Shown one piece after another: positions 1 to 9,426 of a stretch of DNA of 64,000 nt. The DNA is taken from assembly GCA_002104945.1 (NCBI GenBank), contig MCFH01000001.1:1922001-1986000 (forward strand). The letters are read 5' to 3'. Positions within the stretch are counted from its first letter, which is position 1; every line of letters begins with the position of its first letter. Made by a program: the position numbers and the translations under genes. This DNA is from Piromyces finnis finn (Eukaryota; Fungi; Neocallimastigomycota). Under the pieces are notes generated by a model. It was given only the letters and a program-made list of their open reading frames with translations. It was not told the origin of the DNA and ran no database searches.

Positions 1-96
1 TATTTATATTATAAAATAAATATAAATAAATAAAAGATTATAAAAACCCAAATAGTTTTATAAATAAATTTAAGTGTAAACTAAATTTATCTGACA
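1..96 (+). repeat. 5' LTR (3' part only)
   Basis: Matches 5760-5855 with one mismatch (A94 vs T5853); ends in ...TGACA. Confidence 0.95.
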
Positions 97-110
97 GATT
101 AAGAGTCTCA
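97..110 (+). promoter_or_regulatory. Primer-binding site complementary to the anticodon arm of tRNA-Lys(CUU)
   Basis: GATTAAGAGTCTCA directly follows the LTR's terminal CA. Its reverse complement TGAGACTCTTAATC is the 5' anticodon stem, loop (CT-CTT-AA) and first 3' stem bases of a typical eukaryotic tRNA-Lys(CUU), recalled from memory. There is no TGG start. Confidence 0.8.
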
Positions 111-144
111 ATTGCTCTTATATTTAAGTAAGTTTTTTTTTAAT

Positions 145-3100
145 ATGTCAAAAAGAAAATCTAACGGAGATACTGGATCAATTCCTATATTCGATCCTAC
201 CGTTATGCTAGGAAAGGTCACTTATGAATTGAACAATAAAAATTTCATAACGTGGCAAATGTTTATGAGGAATATTTTAAATTATTATGGTCTTGAAGAT
301 TGGGTTGATGAAAACAAAACCCCAAAGATCAAAAGTGACGAAGGAATGGATATCGACGGAGAAGAATATCTAAAGGCACCTTTTGAAATCAATACCTACT
401 ATGATAAGAACGTAACCGAAGATGACTTAAAAACAGATAGGAATATCCAATTTTTAATTAGGTATACTTTAGGCCCAAACTGCCAACAAGATATCCAAGA
501 TAGGTCTTTAACAAGCTACGAAATGTGGAAACTATTAGAAGACATTTATTTAGGGGATAAAATAGAAAGAAAGAATAGGCTTATTAAGGAAACAAACTCC
601 TTAAAATACGACCCGAAAGAAAGTTTCTCAAGATTTGTAAATAAGTTAAATTCCAACTTTAATAAGTTAGAACAACTAAATGTGAAAATAGATGATGAAG
701 AAAAAATTGGTTTACTGTATCAAGCCTTACCAGAAAAATATAGGAAAGTCACAGTCCTTAAGCATGAAGACTGGGAAGAATGCAAAAAGGACACAGCAAG
801 AATGATAGATAAGATGAACAAATTTGATCCGAAAGAGAAATCTGAAACCTTCGGAATTAGACATATCTTTAGTGTTGAAGGTAGTTACAAAGGTGATAAA
901 AGAAAGGAAAGTACTAAATACTACCGCAACAAACAAAGTAATAATCATAATAAAAATACAAATAAAGGAAAAGAAAAGTCCAATGAAGAAAGAAATTGGA
1001 ATAACAAAAATAAACAAAACATTACATGTTATTTTTGTCATCAAAAAGGACATACTGTAAAACAATGTCGTATTCAAAAAGAACTTTCAGAAGAAGTTAC
1101 AAGAAGGCTAAGAAAAGAGAAAAATAAAGGCAAGGAAGCATTTTTAGCAACAGGTGAAATAGTAAATAAACAAACCACTGAAGACTTTGAACCAGAAGTT
1201 GGATATCAAGATTTGTTTACAGTTGATTACAATACATTATTTGACAATAACAATGATGAATGTAATAATAAATCATGCAATTACGTATCTTGTGAAAATG
1301 TACCTACAAGTTTTACTACATGGACTTTAGATTCTGGTGCTTCTAATCATATTACCAAAGATATAGGAATTCTCAAAAATGTTTTTGAACATGTAGAACC
1401 AATCAATTATGCAAATGGAGCGACTACAAAGTCAACACATATGGGTGAAGTAAATGGATCTATTAATGAAGAACCAATAAAATTAGAAGATGTAATGTAC
1501 ATCCCAGATGTAAAACGAAATTTAATTTCTGTTGCCAAGTTAGTTAAAAGTGGCTACCAAATAATCTTTGATGAGAAGAACAATAATGTATTTGCATATA
1601 TAAAAGATAAGAAAACAGATAATGTATACGAAGTTAAAGCAAATGAATATGATGTATTCAATTTGTACATCAAAGAAGGTAATGTAGTTAATAATTACTC
1701 AATGTGCGATAATGTACGAAACAATGGTGAATACTGGCATAGAAGAATAGGGCATCTGAATTTCAACAATAATGATGAAAAGAACAATATTCACAATTGT
1801 ACAATATGCATGAGAAGCAAAATGAAAGAAATCCCTCATAAAAGGTCAGATAGTAGAGCATCAAGTGTTTTGGAACTAGTACACATCGATTTGGTAGGTC
1901 CAATCACACCATCAACTCATGACAACGTATACTTTTTAAGTATCTTAGATGATTACAGTCGATATGGATGGGTAATATTTGTCAAGAATAAAAGTGATGT
2001 TTTCAAAGAATTTGGAAATTGGCTGAATAAAACTACTAATGAATTATCATCCAAAGTAAAATATCTTAGAAGCGATAATGGAACTGAATTCACTTCTAAT
2101 AACTTCAAGGAGTTATGTAACGAATATGGAATAACTCAACAATTCACCGTCCCTGGAAATCCGGAGCAGAATGGAAGAGCAGAAAGATTCAATGGAAAGT
2201 TAATAAAAACTGCTACTGCAATGTTAATGGACGCAAGGTTATGTCGTCGCTTTTGGGAAGATGCTGTGAAAACAGCGAACTATGTTCATAATCGAGTTCC
2301 GCACAGTGGAATTAATGGTGAAATACCATTTGAATTAATGTACAACAGAAAAGTTGATTATAAAAATTTAAGAGTATTTGGATGTAAAGTGTATTATTTA
2401 GATGACAGTAACATTCCAAAATTTCAAGACAAAACTAAGGAGGGAATCTTTATCGGATATGATGAATCTTCAGTAGGATACAGAATATTCGACATAAAAT
2501 CAAGGAAAATTAAAGTGAAAAGAGTCGTAGGTTTTTTAGAAGAAGAACCTGGTGACTACAATTATAATTTAGAAAAAGAAAATAATAATGAAACATATAG
2601 TCAAGATACAGAAACTTTTCAAGTAAGGAACTTTAATTATATGTATGATAAAGAAAATGAAAACAATAACAATAAAGACAAAAAAGAAAAGGACATTTCA
2701 AATGAAAATGATAAATTAATGAATGAAAACCTAGAAACACTCAATGATAAAACTAGTAATAAAGAAGACTTAAAAGAAGTAAATTATGAAGAAAAATTTA
2801 GAAATATAGAAGAAAAGCTGGATAAGCTCACGTCACTATTAAATAAAAAAAAAAATAATAGTTCTGAAAGTTTTATGCAAGTCTGCGAGGACACTAATGA
2901 TAGTAATATGAGTATAGAAGACTCAGAAGAAGAAGACTTAAATCTCTTAGACTATATTAAACTAAAAGAAAAGAAAAAAGAACGTTTGAACAAAAATAAT
3001 TACCAGAAAATTGAAGAAATGGAAGAAAATAAAGAAATTAAAATAAGTACTTCAATGGAATCTGTAAGTGAAACCAATAAAGAAAAAGAAAACAATAATG

Positions 3101-5598
3101 ACATTTCAGGAAGTAACGACGGCAATATAAATAACTTTACCTTGGAAGAAAATAATTTAAAATATAATAATTTAAAATATAATAGTGCTGACGAAACTGA
3201 AATTTGTGAAATTAAAGAAGTGAATATAAAGAGAAATGACGACAAGAAAAATAAAAATATAAACAGTAAAGACAATTCAAATATATCAAAGGATAATAAA
3301 AGGAATAATAAATACCTGAATGCAAAAGGAAATGTTTATTTTATAGAAGAAAATTCAGACATTGTAAATAAAAATGAATTAATTGAAGAAGTATTAAAAA
3401 CACCATCAGAAATGGAGATAAATGATTTAACTGGAGAAATTGACAATAATGATTTTTTAAATATCCTGAGTCCTGACATTGATTTAGGAACAAGAAAGAA
3501 AATTGATTTTGAAAATATTGAGAGTGTCAAAAATAATATAAATAAAAATAATAGAAAAGAAATAGAAAATAATTATTCAAATGTAAAAGTAAATTATAAG
3601 AATGAAGAATATTATAAGAAAAATTACATACCTATTAATGAGAATGAAATAAGAAGAAATTTGAATAAAGAAAATATCAATATTCCTGAAGAAAAGTCCA
3701 AATTTAAAAATATTTCTGATGAAAAAGAAAGTAATTTAAATAATCAAAATAAAAAGGAATATAATTTGAGAAATTTAAAAAATAAAAATGAAATTAAAGA
3801 TCCAATCAATAAAGATAAATCTAAGAAAAAATTTTTTGATAAGAAAAAGTTATTATCAAAACAAAATTTTTTGAATAAGAGAAATCTAAATAGAAAATTA
3901 AAATCCAATAAAAATTTTAAATTAAATGAAAATCATCCACCAAAGGAAGAAAAATTCCCAAGAAAGCGGAAACTTGTTCCAAGTGAAGATGTCATAGAAG
4001 AAAAATTTAGTAAGCCACATGAACATGAACCAGAAAAGAAGAAAATTAAGGAAGTGGCGCTAACTATAGCACAAATCAAGGAGCCAAATTCCTATAATGA
4101 TATATTTAAAAGAAAAGATAAGGATAAGTGGATAAAAGCAATAGAAGCCGAATTGCTAAATATGAAAGAAAGAAAAGTGTTCAAAAGAATAGATGAAGTT
4201 CCAGAAGACGCCAATATTATTGATTCAAGATGGGTATTTAAGATAAAAAGGAATAGCACTGGTGAGATAGAAAAATACAAAGCTAGACTTGTAGCCAGAG
4301 GTTTTACACAAGAATATGGAGAAGACTACAATGAGACCTTTTCTCCTACTCTAAAACAAGACTCATTAAGAATCCTAATAGGAATAGCTGCAATTAATAA
4401 CTATAAAATCCATCAATTAGATGTTAAGGCCGCATATTTGTATGCAGATTTAAAGGAAGATATATATATGAAAGCACCTGAAGGAGATAAAATGTATAAA
4501 AAAGGATTATGGAAATTAAATAAAGCATTATATGGCTTAAAACAAGCAGCAAGAGAATGGAATAACAACATCAGCAATACTCTCATTGAACTAGGATTTC
4601 AGAAATTAGTTAGCGAACCATGCATATTTATAAAGACCAAAAACAATAAATTAGTATGTTTAGTTGGAATATATGTTGATGACATCCTAATAACTGGTAA
4701 AAAGGAAGAAATAGATAAAACTATTAAATTAATTAAAGAGAAATATGTTATCACGGATGTTGGTGATGCAAATTTCATCATAGGAATCAAAGTAGAAACG
4801 TTAAAAGATGGGTATTTGTTACATCAAGAAAGGTATTTAAAGGATATATTACACAAATTTGGTTTAGAAAACTGCAGAGGATCAAAGACAACTACACCAA
4901 TCAAGAATGATGAACAACTCAATCAGCCTTTTGACCCTACTACTTATAGAGCTGCAATAGGAAGTCTTTTATATTTAGCCATAGGTACTCGTCCAGATAT
5001 CTTATTTTCAGTAACCAAAGCATCTAGGTTCTCACAAAATCCTACTATCCAAAATTGGAAGAATGTATTACAAATATTCAAATATCTGAAAGAAAATCCT
5101 CATTATGGAATCCGTTTTGAAAGAAACTTAAATTTGAAGATTTTTGTAGATTCAGACTATGGGGGAGATGAAGAAACAAGAAAATCTACCACTGGATTTG
5201 TATTTTTATTGGGAAATGGACCAACAAGCTGGTACTCAAAACTGCAAAAATGTGTATCAACTTCAACCGCCGAAGCAGAATATTATGGACTTTGTGAATG
5301 CTCAAAGCAAGCTCTGTGGTATAGAAATATTTTTAGTGAATTAAAAATAAAGGAAGAATGCTTAAAAATCAATATTGATAATCAAGCAACTATTTACAAC
5401 GCAAATAATGAAACGATTAATCCAAAGTCAAAACATATTGATATTAAGTACCATAAAGTAAGAGAATTAATTAAAGAAAATAAAATCAGTCTAGAATATA
5501 TAAAATCAGAAGAAAATTTAGCAGATGGTTTTACTAAATACTTGAATAAAAATAAAATGAAAATATTTAGAGATAGTTTATTATATAAATACAAATAA
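145..5598 (+). CDS. Copia Gag-Pol polyprotein (~1817 aa from first ATG)
   Basis: Zinc knuckle CYFCHQKGHTVKQC; protease WTLDSGASNH; HHCC WHRRIGH..C..C; integrase HIDLVGP/DDYSRY/SDNGTEF/QNGRAER; RT ARLVARGFTQ and YVDD; RNase H DSDYGGD/TAEAEY/DNQA/LADGFTK. No stops or frameshifts. The ORF track starts at TTG 112; the first ATG is at 145. Confidence 0.96.
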   Translation: MSKRKSNGDTGSIPIFDPTVMLGKVTYELNNKNFITWQMFMRNILNYYGLEDWVDENKTPKIKSDEGMDIDGEEYLKAPFEINTYYDKNVTEDDLKTDRNIQFLIRYTLGPNCQQDIQDRSLTSYEMWKLLEDIYLGDKIERKNRLIKETNSLKYDPKESFSRFVNKLNSNFNKLEQLNVKIDDEEKIGLLYQALPEKYRKVTVLKHEDWEECKKDTARMIDKMNKFDPKEKSETFGIRHIFSVEGSYKGDKRKESTKYYRNKQSNNHNKNTNKGKEKSNEERNWNNKNKQNITCYFCHQKGHTVKQCRIQKELSEEVTRRLRKEKNKGKEAFLATGEIVNKQTTEDFEPEVGYQDLFTVDYNTLFDNNNDECNNKSCNYVSCENVPTSFTTWTLDSGASNHITKDIGILKNVFEHVEPINYANGATTKSTHMGEVNGSINEEPIKLEDVMYIPDVKRNLISVAKLVKSGYQIIFDEKNNNVFAYIKDKKTDNVYEVKANEYDVFNLYIKEGNVVNNYSMCDNVRNNGEYWHRRIGHLNFNNNDEKNNIHNCTICMRSKMKEIPHKRSDSRASSVLELVHIDLVGPITPSTHDNVYFLSILDDYSRYGWVIFVKNKSDVFKEFGNWLNKTTNELSSKVKYLRSDNGTEFTSNNFKELCNEYGITQQFTVPGNPEQNGRAERFNGKLIKTATAMLMDARLCRRFWEDAVKTANYVHNRVPHSGINGEIPFELMYNRKVDYKNLRVFGCKVYYLDDSNIPKFQDKTKEGIFIGYDESSVGYRIFDIKSRKIKVKRVVGFLEEEPGDYNYNLEKENNNETYSQDTETFQVRNFNYMYDKENENNNNKDKKEKDISNENDKLMNENLETLNDKTSNKEDLKEVNYEEKFRNIEEKLDKLTSLLNKKKNNSSESFMQVCEDTNDSNMSIEDSEEEDLNLLDYIKLKEKKKERLNKNNYQKIEEMEENKEIKISTSMESVSETNKEKENNNDISGSNDGNINNFTLEENNLKYNNLKYNSADETEICEIKEVNIKRNDDKKNKNINSKDNSNISKDNKRNNKYLNAKGNVYFIEENSDIVNKNELIEEVLKTPSEMEINDLTGEIDNNDFLNILSPDIDLGTRKKIDFENIESVKNNINKNNRKEIENNYSNVKVNYKNEEYYKKNYIPINENEIRRNLNKENINIPEEKSKFKNISDEKESNLNNQNKKEYNLRNLKNKNEIKDPINKDKSKKKFFDKKKLLSKQNFLNKRNLNRKLKSNKNFKLNENHPPKEEKFPRKRKLVPSEDVIEEKFSKPHEHEPEKKKIKEVALTIAQIKEPNSYNDIFKRKDKDKWIKAIEAELLNMKERKVFKRIDEVPEDANIIDSRWVFKIKRNSTGEIEKYKARLVARGFTQEYGEDYNETFSPTLKQDSLRILIGIAAINNYKIHQLDVKAAYLYADLKEDIYMKAPEGDKMYKKGLWKLNKALYGLKQAAREWNNNISNTLIELGFQKLVSEPCIFIKTKNNKLVCLVGIYVDDILITGKKEEIDKTIKLIKEKYVITDVGDANFIIGIKVETLKDGYLLHQERYLKDILHKFGLENCRGSKTTTPIKNDEQLNQPFDPTTYRAAIGSLLYLAIGTRPDILFSVTKASRFSQNPTIQNWKNVLQIFKYLKENPHYGIRFERNLNLKIFVDSDYGGDEETRKSTTGFVFLLGNGPTSWYSKLQKCVSTSTAEAEYYGLCECSKQALWYRNIFSELKIKEECLKINIDNQATIYNANNETINPKSKHIDIKYHKVRELIKENKISLEYIKSEENLADGFTKYLNKNKMKIFRDSLLYKYK

Positions 5599-5613
5599 TG
5601 AATTTATAACTTT

Positions 5614-5620
5614 GGGGGAG
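5614..5620 (+). other. Polypurine tract
   Basis: GGGGGAG immediately before the TG that opens the 3' LTR. Confidence 0.9.
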
Positions 5621-5855
5621 TGTGAAAATAAAATACATTCCAAAATAATATTTTATGTATTTTTTATGTATTTGTATTTTATAAAATTATAAATTAATAT
5701 TGTACTACATTTTTATTCTTTGGTTATTTTTTAATAAAAAGATTTTAAGAAAGTTACAATATTTATATTATAAAATAAATATAAATAAATAAAAGATTAT
5801 AAAAACCCAAATAGTTTTATAAATAAATTTAAGTGTAAACTAAATTTATCTGTCA
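5621..5855 (+). repeat. 3' LTR (235 bp, TG...CA)
   Basis: Starts TGTGAAAAT after the PPT and ends ATCTGTCA where homology to 1-96 stops. The following AAAGC is the predicted right-hand TSD; the left TSD is outside the window. Confidence 0.93.
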
Positions 5856-6149
5856 AAAGCTAAATAACAAAAATAAAAGAAATACAAGATATATATAAAA
5901 TTTTTATATTAAAATATTAACATTAAAAAAATAAATAAATAAATAATAGTTATAAAAAGGTCAGATTATATAAAAATGTAATTATTGGAAATAATTCCAA
6001 AAATTATATTAAATTTAAAATTAAATAATTTTAAAATATTTATTTTTTATTATTAACATTTTAAGTGTTATTTGTAATTCACTTGATAATGTAAAGATAC
6101 CCTGATACTGACCGAGAATTTTATATATACTAAAAATAGTACGTATAAA

Positions 6150-6537
6150 ATGGTTAATCCATTTTATATTAATTCACAAAATGAAACAGCTTTTAATATG
6201 GGTGAATACTTTATTGTTGTTAAATCTGATAAATTGGATAAAAGATCTGATGACAATAACCATAAAAACAGACTCTAATGAAAATGTCAAAAAATCTGAC
6301 TCTACTACTGTCAATGATAATGTAGATGAAAATTTGGCAAATAAAAATAATGAAGATATTTTTAGACATCGTACTTTAGAAGAATATTATAAAAATTTAG
6401 ATAAATTGATAAAAGATAGAACAAACAGTGTTTCTTTAACTAGTAAAAATCCAGCTTATAATCCTTATCATCCTTTATTAATTCACGCTGAAGATTCTAT
6501 GGGACCTAATGTTATTACAATATTAGGTATTTCTTAA
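6150..6537 (+). pseudogene. Short coding-like segment, probably frameshifted; product unknown
   Basis: ATG 6150 opens MVNPFYINSQNETAFNMGEYFIVVKSD... Removing one A from the A5 run in CATAAAAACAGAC joins it to the 6181-6537 frame (...HRTLEEYYKNLDKLIKDR...HPLLIHAEDSMGPNVITILG). No family recognised. Confidence 0.3.
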
Positions 6538-9426
6538 CAAAGAAAAGAAACTGAATAATTTTGAATTACAAAGTGAGGATGATAATGACTTTAGATATTG
6601 TAATATTTCCGTTAATAATATGGTTAAATCTAGTATGCCATATGCTATTGCGTATATTCATAATATTTAAAATACCATAACCATCTCTAGTAATAAAGAT
6701 ACTTTTTTTTTTTTTAAAGTGTTGAATATGAAGTAAAATATAAAACATATTAGAATAATTGGTTTAGAATAAAGCAGTATAAATTTAAATATATTATATG
6801 ATCTATAATACAGAAATTTACTAATTTAACAGAAAAAATATATTATGTATTAATTAAAAAAATTAAGTTTAACAATACATTAATATTATTAAAATTTTCA
6901 ATATAATTTGATGTAATATAACTAATAATGCATTTATTTCCTTTTACTTGAATAAAAAAAAATAATTACTTAATTTTTTTTTTCATTAACCTTTTTTAAT
7001 TAAAATGTATTTCACATCATTTTTAAAATAATTAAAGTTTGATTACACTACAATATATTATATTTTTTATAATTAAATATATTAATTAATTATCAATAGA
7101 AAAGATATAAAAGTACAAATTAAATTTGTTTTTGTTTTTTTTTTTTGAAAAAAAATTTTATATGGGTTAAGTAATAATTAATACTATTCTTAAATTCATA
7201 TTGAAAAATAAAAAATATACAATTGTAATTATATAAAATAAATAATAAAACAGCATTATAATAGTATTACATCAATTTTAAGATATAGCTTTTAAAATTT
7301 TTAAAATATTAGCTTTTAATTAATTATAGAGTTATGGAATTAGTTACATTATTAAAATAAAAAAAATAAAAGGGTTAAATTTTTTAATTATATTTAATAC
7401 AGAAATTGAAAATATATATAAAATAATAATTTTATATAATTACAGATAATTAATATTACAAAAGTTATATTTATTATTTCTATAAATAAATATATACACG
7501 CATTTAAAATTAAATAAGAAAAATAAATATATATAAAAAATGATGATATTTTAAAATTATATTTAAAAAGTTTTTAAAAAAATAATAAAAAAGGTGATAT
7601 TTATATAATATTATATAATTTTATAAGACAAATATATATATATAGAATTATAGTTTAATAATTATTTATATAAAGTCTTAATAATCAATTATTATTTTCA
7701 TGTTTAAAGTAAATCTTATTAATCATTAATAAATATTTTTTAAGGTTTAGATATTGGAGATTATCATAATAAAAAAGAGTACAACATTTTTAATTATAAA
7801 TATTATCATAAAGTATATTTATATTATTTCTGATTAGAAAATAGATTCTGATACTAATTTAATATTTAAGATAAGTACTTATAATACATGTTTCTAAAAA
7901 TGAAATTGTTTCAATTAATACATTATTTTAGAAAATGTATCTTCATGTACATTCAATATTATCAAATTTTAATAGATAAATCAAACCTTTTTTAAATAAT
8001 TATTTTAAAGGTTCGATAAAAAAGATAACAAATATAAAACTAATATATTGTATCATTATATCATTTTTTTAAATTGCTTATATAATATATTTTATGGGTA
8101 TAAAATATTTATAATATTGATATTATAATTTTTCGTAGAAAAAATGAGGCATGATAAAATATATAAAAAAAAATGTTTTTAGCATTTCCCATGTTTTATT
8201 TATAATACTATTTATTATTTATTTTAATATATTTTGGTGTAATTTAATATATAATCTTACATGAAGCAAATATCAAAAAAAAAAAAAAAAAAAATAGAAT
8301 AAATATAATTTATAGTTGCAATAATTATATATTTTATTTTTATTTAATTGAATTTTATTTTATTTTTATTTAATTTAAATTTTTAATTCAAATTCAATTT
8401 TATTTAATAATATTTTAATAAGTTAAAAAGTTAAAAATTATTCCAAAATTTCTATATTATTTTCCTTCAGCTTTTTTTTTTTTTGTTATTAATAATATTT
8501 AATTATTAATATATATATTCAAGAAAAATACAAGTAATTATTCATTTTACACCTATTTTTTATTATATACTTTCATTTACATATATATGAAAATAAATTA
8601 TAGATATAAAAGAATAATAGAGAAGTAAATCAATATTTAATTAATTCATTTACATTTAATTGTAAAGGGGATGGTACATTTTTTTTTTTTTAAAAAAAGA
8701 AAGCATGAAATTAATTGAAATTAATAAATAAGTCTTCTTAAATTAAATTAAAAACAATAAGATATTATTGAGAAAAAGACACAATTAAGTAAAATAGCAA
8801 CGTAAATTAATTATTTAACTAATATAATAAAAAATAAATAGAAAAATAAATAATCAGCAGTAACAATTATATGTTTTAAAACATTAATTATTATTTAATA
8901 AACGTAAAAAGTAAAAATAAGAGAATAATACAATTAATAGAGCATTTAATTAAAATATTTAAACTGAATATAATGTTAAATATATATGTATATATATTGA
9001 AGAATATCTGCAGATATAAAATTTGGATTTTTTTCTTTTTTTCTTTTCTTTTTTTTTTCTTAATGAATTAGAAGTTTTATTTAAAATACCAATAATAATA
9101 ATAATAAATAATAATAAAAAAAAATACATATTGTATATATGGCTAATAGAGTATATATATATAACATTTTTTAGATATTTCATAAATAATAAGAAATAAA
9201 AAAGTTAATACTTAGGTTTATATATTCAAATAATAATTAATATTTTTTGTGAATATTTCAAGAAACAATATAACAAGAACAAGATACGATATATATATTA
9301 ATAAATTAAAAGTAAGAGGAATAAAATGCTTTTTATATATTATTAGTATAAGTTTAATTATAATAATATATAATTAACATAAAATATTAATTCATAAAGA
9401 TAAAACTAAATTCTACAGAATAAGCA

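Larger units (their letters stand above)
1..5855 (+). mobile_element. Ty1/copia LTR retrotransposon, apparently intact (5' LTR cut by window edge)
   Basis: Single long ORF with Gag-PR-IN-RT-RH in copia order. Bases 1-96 recur at 5760-5855 (95/96 identical). PBS lies right after the 5' LTR and a PPT right before the 3' LTR. Confidence 0.97.

Noticed and set aside
112-144. TTG start of the polyprotein in the ORF track
   Set aside because: Eukaryotic context; the ATG at 145 (MSKRK...) is the more plausible start.
727-5594. Short antisense and alternate-frame ORFs inside the retrotransposon
   Set aside because: Shadows of the A-rich coding strand, F/L/I/S-biased with no motifs. An env-like or antisense gene is not supported.
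5856-5860. AAAGC reported as a confirmed target-site duplication
   Set aside because: The left flank is outside the window, so it cannot be verified.
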